Of a stretch of DNA of 64,000 bases, positions 1 through 10,300 are shown piece by piece (the stretch's first letter is position 1; each line of letters opens with the position of its first letter). The DNA is from Verrucomicrobiia bacterium. Lineage in GTDB: Bacteria > Verrucomicrobiota > Verrucomicrobiia > Limisphaerales > UBA11358. The position numbers and the translations under genes are program-made. The DNA lies in contig DASXDM010000029.1 in the NCBI GenBank assembly GCA_036490655.1, forward strand, positions 146,670 to 210,669, given 5' to 3'. Under the pieces are notes generated by a model, which did no database searches, was not told where the DNA came from, and saw only the letters and a program-made list of their open reading frames with translations.

Positions 1-326
1 GATGGGATGCGTTATCCATGATCGAAAGTGGCGACAATGACCATGCCATTGGGTCCCATGGTGAAGTATCCCGGTTCCAAATCCTTCCTACCCTGTGGCC
101 GGGCGGAAACCCGCGAAACGAACAGGAGGCTCTTGGCGCGGCCAAGGCCATAATGGATGTCAGGTTGGCCCGGTTTGAGCGCCTGCATCACCGGTCAGCG
201 ACGGATTTTGAGTTTTATGTGCTCTGGAATGCGCCATGGGAGGTTGATCATCCCAGCAAGGCGGTCAGCGCGCGCGCCCAGCGGTTTGCCAACCTCGCTG
301 GGGTTGCCGACGTGGCAAGACATTAG
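1..326 (+). CDS. Lytic transglycosylase (SLT-domain) protein, C-terminal part; gene begins left of the window
   Basis: The frame is open back to the window edge. SMIESGDNDHAIGSHGEVSRFQILP fits the catalytic Glu-Ser ... G-x-x-G-x-x-Q core of SLT domains. The 3' end overlaps the convergent glgA 3' end by 62 nt. Confidence 0.45.
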   Translation, partial: WDALSMIESGDNDHAIGSHGEVSRFQILPTLWPGGNPRNEQEALGAAKAIMDVRLARFERLHHRSATDFEFYVLWNAPWEVDHPSKAVSARAQRFANLAGVADVARH

Positions 327-1758
327 ACTCATAAAGCTCCAAATAGTGTTCCACGGTTTTTTCCCACGAGAAGTCGGCCTTCATCCCATTGCGCCTGAAT
401 CTGCGGAGCAATTCGGGTTGCTGATACATGGCCAGGGCTTTCCGGATGGCCTTGGAGAGTGCCCGTGAGGAAAATTCGCTAAATTTTATCCCATTGGCGC
501 TTTCTGGATTCTCTTTGAAATCGATGATGCTGTCATCCAGCCCACCGGTGGCGCGGACGATCGGGATGGCGCCATAACGCAGGCTGTACATCTGGTTCAA
601 ACCGCTTGGTTCAAACCGGGATGGCATCAGATAAAAATCGCAGGCCGCCTCGATGCGGTGCGCCAATCCTTCATTATAACCGACTTTCACGGCGACTTTG
701 GTGGGAAATCGCCTCGCCAATTCATGGTAACCACGTTCATAGGCCGTTGAGCCGCTGCCGAGCAAGACAAATTGTATGTCCGCGCTGAGCATCTCCTCGA
801 GCGCGCCCAGTTGGATGTCCACGCCTTTTTGCTCGGCGAGCCGGGTGATGGTGCCAAACAGCGGCGTCGTTTGGGTCTGGGGCAGGTTCAGCTCATTTTG
901 GAGCGCCAACTTATTGGTCATTTTACCAGCGGGCCGTGTTGCGGAATAAGGTTTGGGCAAGGAAGGGTCGGTCTCGGGGTTCCATTCCTTGTAATCGACG
1001 CCATTAAGAATTCCGCAAAATGAATTTTTTCGCTTTCGCAACTGGTCGTCGAGCGCGCAACCGTATTCTTCAGTCATGATTTCCCGCGCATAACGAGGAC
1101 TGACCGTGGTGATGGTATCGGCCAGCGCGATGCCTGCTTTCAGACAATTCAAGTGTCCGTAAAATTCCGAGGTATCAATGGTGAAATAATTCGGGGGGAG
1201 ATCGGTCAACGCAAACGCCGCCGCGGGAAAGGTTCCCTGATACGCCAAATTGTGGATGGTCAGGCAGGTGCGGGGGGGACTCCCCCACCCTTCGTTCTGC
1301 TGCTGGTTTTGGATGAGCGCGGGCACGAGGGCCGCCTGCCAGTCATGGACGTGGACGATATCGGGCCGCCACGGCAGATAACGCGCCAGATGAGCCACGC
1401 ATTTCGAGAAAAAGATGAAACGCGCGTCATTGTCCGGATAGCTGACATCGTTTTCCAGATAGATGCCGGCGCGATCATAAAATTCCGGCTGCCGGATAAA
1501 ATAAACCGTCAGGTTTTTTTCAGGTTCCAGCGAATACAACTCCGCCTGGCGGCGCTGACCGCCGAGGGGCAGATCAAACGCCCAATCAATGCGCTGGAGT
1601 TGCGGAAACCGTTCTGGAATGCCGCGATATAACGGGGTGACGATGCGCGCTTCGTGGCCGGAACGGGCGAGCGCTTTGCCCAGCGCGCCGACCATGTCGG
1701 CAAGGCCGCCCGTCTTGGAGAACGGATGAACTTCGCTGCTCGCGAGCAAAATTTTCAT
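265..1758 (-). CDS. glgA: Glycogen (starch) synthase, ADP-glucose type
   Basis: 497-aa ORF. The N-terminus MKILLASSEVHPFSKTGGLADMVGALGKAL carries the K-T-G-G-L signature of bacterial glycogen synthases. Further typical blocks are HDWQAAL and PSRFEPSGLNQMY. Confidence 0.9.
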   Translation of the reverse strand: MKILLASSEVHPFSKTGGLADMVGALGKALARSGHEARIVTPLYRGIPERFPQLQRIDWAFDLPLGGQRRQAELYSLEPEKNLTVYFIRQPEFYDRAGIYLENDVSYPDNDARFIFFSKCVAHLARYLPWRPDIVHVHDWQAALVPALIQNQQQNEGWGSPPRTCLTIHNLAYQGTFPAAAFALTDLPPNYFTIDTSEFYGHLNCLKAGIALADTITTVSPRYAREIMTEEYGCALDDQLRKRKNSFCGILNGVDYKEWNPETDPSLPKPYSATRPAGKMTNKLALQNELNLPQTQTTPLFGTITRLAEQKGVDIQLGALEEMLSADIQFVLLGSGSTAYERGYHELARRFPTKVAVKVGYNEGLAHRIEAACDFYLMPSRFEPSGLNQMYSLRYGAIPIVRATGGLDDSIIDFKENPESANGIKFSEFSSRALSKAIRKALAMYQQPELLRRFRRNGMKADFSWEKTVEHYLELYESNVLPRRQPQRGWQTAGRAR

Positions 1759-1774
1759 TCGGAGGAAAAAACCA

Positions 1775-3082
1775 TCAAGGCGCCGGAACGATCCGGCCGG
1801 TTTTCATATAGGGCTGGAGCGGTTCCGGTATGAGCACGCTGCCATCGGCCTGCTGGTGAGTTTCCACCAGGGCGACGAACAATCGCGCCAGCGCTGTGCC
1901 GCTGCCATTGAGGATATGCGGAAATTTGTTTTCCCCGTCTTCCGTCTTGAAGCGGAGATGCATCCGGCGCGACTGGAAGTCCTCACAATTGGAACAACTG
2001 GAGACCTCCAGATACCCTCCCTGCCCCGGCGCCCAAACTTCGAGATCGTAGGTTTTTGCGCTGCCAAATCCCATGTCGCCCGTACAAAGCAGGATCACCC
2101 GGTAATGCAGCCCGAGCAATTGCAGGATCTTCTCCGCATTCGCCACCATCTTCTCGAGCTCATCGTAGCCGCTTTCGGGTTTCACGATCTTGATCAGTTC
2201 CACCTTGTCGAATTGGTGGACCCGGATCATGCCCCGTGTGCCCACACCCGCGGCGCCGGCTTCACCCCGAAAGCACGGCGTATAGGCGCAATAAAAGATC
2301 GGCAGATTTTTTTCCGCCAAAATCTCCTCGCGGTGAATATTGGCCACCGGCGTCTCGGCGGTCGGCACCAGATATAATTTCCCCAATTTTTCCTTATCGT
2401 CGCCTTCGGCCACGCCATAATACTGGTCTTTGAATTTTGGGAACTGCCCAACCCCTTCGAGGCAATGGGGGCCGACCATAAACGGCGGCGAAACTTCGGT
2501 ATACCCATGTTCGCCGACGTGCAAATCCAGCAGGAATTGGATCAAGGCGCGTTCAAGGCGCGCGCCCCAATTGGTATAGAGCAAAAATCCACTGCCAGAC
2601 AACTTGGCTCCGCGCGCGAAATCCACGAGCTTCAAGCTTTCGCAAAGTTCCACATGAGATTTGGCCTTGAAACTGAAATCCTTTTTTTCACCATGGGTGC
2701 GGATGAGCGGGTTGTCCTCCGCGGTTTTGCCGATCTTGACGGAATCGTGGGGCAGGTTCGGCAATTGGAGCATCAGCTCGTCACGCGCTTTCTCCGATGC
2801 TGCCGCTTCCTTGTCCAGTTCGGCAATCTTGTCGCCAAGATTTTTAGTTTCGGCCTTTTTAGCCTCGGCTTCGGCAAGTTTCTTTTGTCCCATCAAAGCG
2901 CCGATCTCTTTCGAGACACGATTACGCTGGGCCTTTAAGGATTCCACCTCGGCGAGGATTTTTCGGCGTTGATCGTCGAATTTAAGCAATTCATCAATCT
3001 TTGCCTCATCCCCTGCCCCGCGTGTCGCCAGGCGTTGGCGCACAAAATCCGTTTTTTCACGAATCAATTTGATGTCGAGCAC
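1775..3082 (-). CDS. serS: Seryl-tRNA synthetase
   Basis: 435-aa ORF with an N-terminal coiled-coil arm (MLDIKLIREK...). Class II core blocks are FRGEAGAAGVGTRGMIRVHQFDKVE and NGSGTALARL. It lies 16 nt upstream of glgA. Confidence 0.95.
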   Translation of the reverse strand: MLDIKLIREKTDFVRQRLATRGAGDEAKIDELLKFDDQRRKILAEVESLKAQRNRVSKEIGALMGQKKLAEAEAKKAETKNLGDKIAELDKEAAASEKARDELMLQLPNLPHDSVKIGKTAEDNPLIRTHGEKKDFSFKAKSHVELCESLKLVDFARGAKLSGSGFLLYTNWGARLERALIQFLLDLHVGEHGYTEVSPPFMVGPHCLEGVGQFPKFKDQYYGVAEGDDKEKLGKLYLVPTAETPVANIHREEILAEKNLPIFYCAYTPCFRGEAGAAGVGTRGMIRVHQFDKVELIKIVKPESGYDELEKMVANAEKILQLLGLHYRVILLCTGDMGFGSAKTYDLEVWAPGQGGYLEVSSCSNCEDFQSRRMHLRFKTEDGENKFPHILNGSGTALARLFVALVETHQQADGSVLIPEPLQPYMKTGRIVPAP

Positions 3083-3144
3083 TGTGAAATTATAGAAGTA
3101 AAAACCTTACCGGCAAGATTTCATGCGGCGGCCAGGTTTTCTGG

Positions 3145-4278
3145 TCAATGCAGAATAACATCGTAAAAACGGGCGTTGTTCGTCGCGTGGGTGTCGGTGA
3201 AGCGATATTGGCCAATCGGGCTTTCTACAGGAGTGCCCAAAGTGTTCCAATTTGTGAGCGCCGCGCTGAGGTTGGTCGTCCCGACGATGCTGAAACCCAT
3301 TCCGACGGTATTGGTGAACGTCAACTGAATCGTCTTGGGACCTGGCTGGCTCACCGCCTGGGTCGGCGGTTTGTAACTCAATTCAAAGCCGAGAATATTC
3401 AAGGTGATCAAGTCGGCCGAGGAGAGAGTGTCTCGATTGCCATCAAAGGAAAATGCGTCGTATGAATCCGAAGGTGTGCCTGGCGAATCCCAATCCTGAA
3501 TATCACCCTCGGGGTCGGAATTGAAATACTTCAAAGCGGTCACACCGTTATTGATGGAAAAATAGACATCCACATCGTTTGGATTCAAGGTCCGGCCGGC
3601 GCTGTTGGTGAACCGGAAGAGGTCGTAGGGCATATAATAAGTATCCAGGTCGTACGTTGAACGGCCCATCACTTCGGTGATTTCGTGTTCAGCACAGCCA
3701 ATGAAATCAAATTCACCCACGACGGCACGGTTCGTCGCGTTGAAAGTGAATGGAGTGCCGGGATCATCTGAAAAACCCACTGCGCCGTCCGAAGTCGGGT
3801 CCGTGGGGGAAATCCCAAAAACACCCAACGCCTTCGCTTCCGCGCGCGGAAGCAGCCAGGTGGATCCATCGGGGGTGGGATCCGTCAAAGGTAAACTGGC
3901 GTAGGCATTGGTTTGGGCGGAGGTTTTTCGAAGCGCCCATAAATCGTTGGTCACCTGCTTATACCCAAAACCGTTGGTGTATACCAATGAGGTTGAACTG
4001 GCGCCCAGGGCGATTCCGGTGCTGAAGGGATTGCTCGCGCCGTTGGTTCCCCAATAAACAGTGATGTTGATGGTGATCGGATTGGTATAAAGCGATTCGA
4101 TCGTATCCACGGCTATGGCAAATGCCCCCTCGATCTGCGAGGCGTTGGTGGCGGTGGTCACAGTCGTATCGTAGGTGGGATTGATGATCAAAGCACTGGC
4201 GGGAAAGCGGAATAGGAATAAAAACATCGCAAAAAAGGCCGCTCGTTTCGCAATTATGGGGACGCGATTGTTGAACAT
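3145..4278 (-). CDS. Secreted protein with an HExxE metalloprotease-like motif and a C-terminal FY-type module
   Basis: 377-aa ORF with a hydrophobic N-terminal signal-like segment (AAFFAMFLFLFRFPASA). It carries GCAEHEITEVMGR and the C-terminal tail ...TNWNTLGTPVESPIGQYRFTDTHATNNARFYDVILH. The family assignment is uncertain. Confidence 0.55.
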   Translation of the reverse strand: MFNNRVPIIAKRAAFFAMFLFLFRFPASALIINPTYDTTVTTATNASQIEGAFAIAVDTIESLYTNPITINITVYWGTNGASNPFSTGIALGASSTSLVYTNGFGYKQVTNDLWALRKTSAQTNAYASLPLTDPTPDGSTWLLPRAEAKALGVFGISPTDPTSDGAVGFSDDPGTPFTFNATNRAVVGEFDFIGCAEHEITEVMGRSTYDLDTYYMPYDLFRFTNSAGRTLNPNDVDVYFSINNGVTALKYFNSDPEGDIQDWDSPGTPSDSYDAFSFDGNRDTLSSADLITLNILGFELSYKPPTQAVSQPGPKTIQLTFTNTVGMGFSIVGTTNLSAALTNWNTLGTPVESPIGQYRFTDTHATNNARFYDVILH

Positions 4279-4340
4279 AATTTTGTGGGTTTCCTACTGC
4301 ATAAATTTTACCACCGTTCGTGACCGCGTCAAAGCGTTTG

Positions 4341-5039
4341 TCAGCGCAAGGGATATTCGCTAAGAATTCTTATTGTGTCAGCCGACGCATACCAATCTCC
4401 TTCAATCAGTTGTAAAGAGCGGACATGGGTCGCGCCAAAATCGTCATCCCGGTGCGCTTCCAGGAAGGATTTTAATCCTTTCCAGTCCATTGGGGTGGAA
4501 AAACGCGCAAGGGTCAGATGCGCCGCAATGATTTTGTAGCGTCGATCCAAATCATCGCCGAGACCATTTTCGGAGAATGCCTCACGCAAATCATTACGCA
4601 ATCGGCTCAACTCATCGCCAACAGGGAAACCCTGGATCATTATCGCGTCAGGCGAAGCGGTCACGCCCTGAAAATTGATGGAAAATGCAGGACGATTACT
4701 TAACACGTTGTCCAAGGTGGCCAGATATTCCGGCAATCTCTTTATGGATGTCTGCCAAAATTCCGAACCGGGAATGACGGCCAACACCGTCACGTGATAT
4801 TCTTCAGGTGTGTAAAAATGTTGGTCCGGCGCGACGGCGGCAATCTTATGCGAAAACCTTTGGATCCCGGCGCAGACTTCGAGACCCGGACGGGCGACCA
4901 GGGTGACTCCCCTGCGATTGTCCGCTGCCCGGTTTTTCAGGAATGGGTCCAACGTTGGGCCGCCCTTATCAAAAGACCCGGCTGCTTTTCCCCAAAGCTC
5001 CTCATATAGATCTTGCGCCTGATTTACGCTGCCGGCCAT
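4341..5039 (-). CDS. 2H phosphoesterase superfamily protein (LigT / 2'-5' RNA ligase-like)
   Basis: 232-aa ORF with two H-x-T-x motifs, YHVTVLAV and AAHLTLARF, at the spacing expected for the 2H fold. It overlaps the maf 3' end by 16 nt. Confidence 0.6.
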   Translation of the reverse strand: MAGSVNQAQDLYEELWGKAAGSFDKGGPTLDPFLKNRAADNRRGVTLVARPGLEVCAGIQRFSHKIAAVAPDQHFYTPEEYHVTVLAVIPGSEFWQTSIKRLPEYLATLDNVLSNRPAFSINFQGVTASPDAIMIQGFPVGDELSRLRNDLREAFSENGLGDDLDRRYKIIAAHLTLARFSTPMDWKGLKSFLEAHRDDDFGATHVRSLQLIEGDWYASADTIRILSEYPLR

Positions 5040-5599
5040 GATTCCAGTACTGATTGTAATTGTTCCATGGGCAATCCGATGACATTGCTGAATGAGCCTG
5101 AGATCTCGGAAACGATAAACTCCCCATGGTCCTGGATCGCGTAGGCGCCGGCCTTATCCAGCGGGTTGATTTTCGCCAGATACTCATCGATTTGAGCCGG
5201 GCTGAGCGGGCGAAACACGACATCCGTCTTCACGGCGAAGATCCGTTCATGATGCGGGCGCAAGTGGATCAGACTCACCCCCGTCACCACCTGATGCGTC
5301 TGGCCCTGCAACTGCATCAACATTTTTTTGGCTTCATCGAGGTTCGCCGGTTTGCCAAAGATTTTACGGTCAAGAAAAACCAGGGTGTCGGCGCCGAGCA
5401 CCAGGGCGTCTGGAATCCTTTTGGCGACCACCCGGGCCTTGCGATGGGCGTTAAGCTGGCAGAGTTCCTGGGGTGACAGAAATTCATCAAAAGCCTCCGG
5501 CGCGTCGCTGGGGACGGTCTCAAATTCGAGCTTCAATTGCCCAAGCAATTCCGCGCGTCGCGGGGAGGCTGAGGCCAAAATTAGCGGCGGCAGTTTCAC
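5024..5599 (-). CDS. maf: Maf-like nucleoside triphosphate pyrophosphatase
   Basis: 191-aa ORF with LILASASPRRAELLGQL at the N-terminus and DKAGAYAIQ, both typical Maf blocks. Confidence 0.9.
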   Translation of the reverse strand: MKLPPLILASASPRRAELLGQLKLEFETVPSDAPEAFDEFLSPQELCQLNAHRKARVVAKRIPDALVLGADTLVFLDRKIFGKPANLDEAKKMLMQLQGQTHQVVTGVSLIHLRPHHERIFAVKTDVVFRPLSPAQIDEYLAKINPLDKAGAYAIQDHGEFIVSEISGSFSNVIGLPMEQLQSVLESWPAA

Positions 5600-5665
5600 T
5601 CATCCAATTTATGCATGTCTTTCGAATTGTCGAATGCTTAAAATTGAATACTTGAAAGTGGAAAC

Positions 5666-6220
5666 TTGAAACTCGAAACTCCCCCTGTGCCGAACAAACG
5701 CCGCATCGTCAATATCGCCCTAATCGGTTTTATGGGCACCGGCAAGACTTCCGTGGGCCGGCTCGTTGCCGACCTGCTCCATTTTCATTTTCTTGATACG
5801 GATGAAATGATCCAGGCCGCCACCGGCAAGACAATCGCGGAGATCTTTTCGCGTGATGGCGAGCCGGCCTTTCGCGCGCTGGAGGAAAAGGCCGTTGCCG
5901 AACTGGCCGCCAAATCCAAGATCGTGATCTCCGCCGGCGGGGGCCTGCCGGTCAATCCCGCAAATCTTGCCGGTTTGAAAACTCACGCCCTCCTTGTCTG
6001 CTTGTGGGCATCACCGGAAAAGATCTGGGAACGGGTCAAAAACCAGACGCATCGTCCCCTGCTCCACGATCCCAATCCCCAGAAAAAGATTCGGGAGCTG
6101 CTCGCGTTCCGGGAACCGTTTTACAAGCAGGCTGACGTTCTTTTGAACACCGAATTGCGCTCGCAGCGCGAAGTGGCGCTTCAAGTCGTCCATCAATTCC
6201 GGCTGCAGTCCATCCCATGA
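5666..6220 (+). CDS. aroK: Shikimate kinase
   Basis: 184-aa ORF with the Walker A motif GFMGTGKTSVG in shikimate-kinase context (LLHFHFLDTDEMI). The start is TTG and uncertain by a few codons. It overlaps queG by 4 nt. Confidence 0.9.
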   Translation: MKLETPPVPNKRRIVNIALIGFMGTGKTSVGRLVADLLHFHFLDTDEMIQAATGKTIAEIFSRDGEPAFRALEEKAVAELAAKSKIVISAGGGLPVNPANLAGLKTHALLVCLWASPEKIWERVKNQTHRPLLHDPNPQKKIRELLAFREPFYKQADVLLNTELRSQREVALQVVHQFRLQSIP

Positions 6221-7251
6221 AGGAACGGATCCGCCAGCGCTCGTTGGAACTGGGGTTTGATGATTGCCGTTTCACAAATGCCGCCGCCCCGGACAGTGCC
6301 GCCCAATTCCAAAAATGGGTTGCCGACAAAAAATTCGGGGAAATGGCCTGGATCGAACGCAATGCAGAAAAACGCGTCGAACCCGGACGCGTCCTGGGCG
6401 GTATCAAAAGTGTGATTTGCCTCGCCGCGAACTATGCAAACGCCCACCCCTCAACTTCCAATCTTCGACCGATAGCAAGCAATCCAGGAGTCGTGGCCCG
6501 CTATGCGCGGTTTGATGATTATCATGATATACTCGCTGAACGGCTGAAATCACTGGCGAGATTTGTGGATGACATTGGCGGAGCCGGCACACGCTCGCTT
6601 TGGTACGTGGATACGGGGCCGATTTTAGAGCGTGATTTCGCCCAACGTGCCGGCCTGGGCTTCGTCGGCAAGCACACCAATCTTATCAGCCGTAAATCGG
6701 GCAACTGGATTTTTCTCGCCGAAATCCTGACGACCGCAGAACTTTCACCGGACGCACCCGAGAAGAATCATTGCGGCAAATGCACGCGTTGCATCGCTGC
6801 CTGTCCAACCGAGGCGATCACGGCGCCATTCGAACTGGATGCCCGCCGTTGTATTTCGTATCTCACCATCGAACTCAAAGGCCCTATTCCTGTCGAATTC
6901 CGCCGCGCCATTGGCAATCGTATCTATGGTTGCGACGATTGCCTGGCAGCTTGCCCGTGGAACAGATTTGCGCAAGAAGGTAAATTGATGAAAGCACATA
7001 CGCGAAACGATTTGGAGCAGCCTGATTTGCTGGAATTACTTTCGCTCGACGATAAACAGTTCAAGAGCCGTTTTACCGGCTCACCGATCTTGCGGACCAA
7101 ACGGCGCGGCTTCCTGCGCAATGTCTGCGTGGCCCTCGGAAATACCGGCGATGCCACCGCCCTGCCCCATCTCGAAAAGGCCGCACAGGATTCCGAACCG
7201 CTCATCGCCGAACATGCGCACTGGGCCATCGACGAAATAAAATCACGCTGA
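6217..7251 (+). CDS. queG: tRNA epoxyqueuosine(34) reductase
   Basis: 344-aa ORF with two 4Fe-4S cysteine clusters (CGKCTRCIAACP and CDDCLAACPWN). The overall layout matches QueG, including the C-terminal HEAT-like tail. Confidence 0.9.
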   Translation: MKERIRQRSLELGFDDCRFTNAAAPDSAAQFQKWVADKKFGEMAWIERNAEKRVEPGRVLGGIKSVICLAANYANAHPSTSNLRPIASNPGVVARYARFDDYHDILAERLKSLARFVDDIGGAGTRSLWYVDTGPILERDFAQRAGLGFVGKHTNLISRKSGNWIFLAEILTTAELSPDAPEKNHCGKCTRCIAACPTEAITAPFELDARRCISYLTIELKGPIPVEFRRAIGNRIYGCDDCLAACPWNRFAQEGKLMKAHTRNDLEQPDLLELLSLDDKQFKSRFTGSPILRTKRRGFLRNVCVALGNTGDATALPHLEKAAQDSEPLIAEHAHWAIDEIKSR

Positions 7252-7395
7252 ACATTACAAAAATGTCACAAACGCGAAAAAGCAGCGAAAAGCGTATTAA
7301 AAAAGATTTTTTATTCTCGCTGTTACAATAAGTTTAACTTGGTTTTTGACCCGGTTAAAGTTATTGTTTCCGGACAACCCTTAGAACCCGTGACC

Positions 7396-10300
7396 ATGCG
7401 GAGGAGCAAGACGATATTCCGTGTATTTCTGCCAGTCATTCTGGCGTTTTTGTCGTTGATATTCCTCGCTCCCGGCCAAGCTGCCGCCGCGAGTATTACC
7501 ACCCAGCCGCAAAACCAGACAAATATATTGGGATCAAATGCGGTATTCACCGTCATCGGCGGCGGACAAACACCCCTGTTATATCAGTGGTCGTTTTATA
7601 CCACGAACCTGACGAACAGCGCGCACATCGGGGGCGCCACCAACGCAACCCTGACAATCACCAACATCACCACCGCTGATGCCGGAGATTACAAGGTGGT
7701 CGTCAAGAACACTCATGGCAGTGTTACCAGTTCCATTGTGACCCTGACAGTGTTGCTCCCTGCCACCATTGGGACACAACCAGCCAACCAGGCGGTCAAT
7801 TGGATGGGCAACGCCGCGTTCGCTGTCGGCGCCACCGGAACCGGCCAGTTGAATTATCGCTGGCTTTTCAATGGCACGCGCCTTTCAGATAACAGCCAGA
7901 TTTCCGGTTCGGCGACTTCGCTCTTAAATATCTCCGGCGCATTGCCTGCGAATATCGGAAATTACCAGGTCGTTGTGACAAATAATTACGGTTCCGTCAC
8001 CAGCATCGTCGCCACGCTCAACGTCACGAACGTCTTTCATTATGTCAATCTCAACAACTCCGCGCCCCAGTCGCCTTACACGAATTGGAGCACCGCAGCG
8101 ACGAACATCCAATCCGCCGTTGACGTTGCCAATGCCGGCGATTCGATTTTTGTGACCAACGGCATGTACACACTGGGAAATCGCGTGACCTCCACGACGA
8201 CGAATTGTGTCGTCGTGACCAACGCAATTTCCATTTCCAGCGTCTCGGGCCCGGCGCAAACCGTGATCAATGGCGGCGGCACGAATCGCTGCATTTATCT
8301 GACAAATGGTTGTTCGCTGTCCGGCTTCACGATAACGAATGGAATGACCCCTGAAAATGGCGGCGGAATTTTTTGCTCCAGCACGAACGTCGTTATCACA
8401 AATTGTGTTGTTGCCGGCAGTTCCGCCTACATCCAGGGAGGGGGCGTTTACCAGGGCACGCTGTTCACTTGCGTGCTGACGAACAATTACGCGGGGGGCA
8501 ATGCGCAAGGTTATCCTGCCGGCGGCGGCGCAGGCTCAAGTGTTCTTTACAACTGTACCGTGAGTTGGAACTCGGGCGGCTCCGCGAGCGGCGGCGGTTT
8601 ATTCAATTGTACCGCGAACCAGTGTGTTCTCACCAATAATTCGACCGGCGCAAATGCAGGTGGCGGCGCTGCTCAAAGCACCTTGAACAATTGTCTGATC
8701 GCGAACAACAGTGGCTGTGGCGCGGGCGATTTCAGCACCTTGAACAATTGCACACTCATCGGGAACACCGCGCCGATCTACGGTGGCGGAGCGAGCTATT
8801 CCACGTTGACGAATTGCACGTTGATCGCCAACATCGGGGTTTGGGGCGGTGGTGCTGAACAGTCGACCCTTTACAATTGCACACTAATCTCAAACAGCGT
8901 TTCGTCGACCGGCGGCGCCGCATATATCTGCACCCTGAGCAATTGCACGCTCATTGCCAATACCGCCTCCAGTTATTATGGCGGCGGCGTTGACCAGTCC
9001 ACCCTTTATAATTCCACCCTTTGCAACAATTTCGCCGGCCAATGGGGCGGAGCCGCCTACAACTCCACGCTCTACAATTGCACGCTATCCAACAATATCT
9101 CCGACGGAGAAGGTGGCGGCGCTTATTCCTGCATATTGAGCAATTGTGTTTTGACAGCGAATGAAGCCACGTACGGCAGCGCCTACGGTGGCGGCGCATT
9201 TAACAGCACATTGATCACTTGCCTCGTGTCAAACAATGGGGCGTATGCAGGCGGTGGCGCGTATGGCGGCAGTCTTTCCAACTGTGTCATAATACAAAAC
9301 GACGCTGTGCTCGGCGGCGGCGCCCTGGGATCTACGCTGGTTCAGTGTTCCGTTTTAAACGGCCAGGCGCAGTATGGCGGGGGGCTGAATAGTTGTACTG
9401 CGAGCAATTGTATTTTGACCGGGAACCTGGCGATCATCGGCAGCACCGGCGCGGGCGCCGGAGCGTATACAAGCTCTCTCTACAACTGCATGCTTTACAG
9501 CAACAGGTCTTTTTTCACCGGCGGAGGCGCCGCCCTGAGCACACTCATCAATTGCACTATTGCCAGCAATACCGCCTACGGCATCACCGGTGGTGGCGGT
9601 GGTGGTGTGACGTCGTGCACCCTGACCAATTCCATCATCTATTTCAATACCACTGGTGGAAATTATTCCGGGTCCAATAACATGAGCTGGTGTTGCACGA
9701 CGCCGCTGCCCAATGACGGCTCGGGCGATGTGGTCGTCGGCGTCAATAATACTTCATCCGCGCCGCTGTTCGTGAATTTGGCCAATGGCAATTGCCGGCT
9801 CTATCCCGGTTCACCCGGCATTGACAGCGGCAACAATGCCGTTGTGCCCGTCACGGTTGACCTTGATGGCAACGCGCGCATCGTCAACGGCACGGTGGAC
9901 CTGGGAGCGTATGAATTTCAAAATTCGCCTTTTATCGAGGTCCAGCCGACCAACCAGACCGTCCCGCTGGGAGCGTATGTCACGTTCAGCGTCACCACCT
10001 ACGGTCCGGGATTGACCTATCAATGGCAATTTAATGGAACCAACATTTTGGGAGCGACCAGTTCCACTTATGTGCTGAGTTTTGCCCAATACAACTCCGC
10101 GGGCACTTATACTGTCACGGTGACCAATAGTTACGGCGTCGCGTCGAGTTCCAATGCGGTGCTGACAGTCGTGCCGCCGACGCCGCCTTCATTTACCCTG
10201 CAGCCGACCAATCAGACGGTTGCGGTCGCAGCCAATGTCACACTTGCCGCGGCTGCTTCCGGCGCGCCTCCAGCCGCTTATCAGTGGTATTTTAATAGCA

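Noticed and set aside
265-326. 62-nt convergent overlap of the glgA 3' end with the SLT-domain gene 3' end.
   Set aside because: It is probably a benign consequence of a ~25-aa non-conserved C-terminal extension of GlgA (...LPRRQPQRGWQTAGRAR) past the usual ...YLELY end. Nothing suggests a functional antisense arrangement.
8400-9700. Apparent DNA-level tandem repeat or VNTR in the beta-helix-coding part of the giant gene.
   Set aside because: The periodicity (~22-24 codons) is at the protein level only. The coil-encoding DNA segments are degenerate and of variable length, so this is a repetitive fold and not a satellite or recent slippage array.
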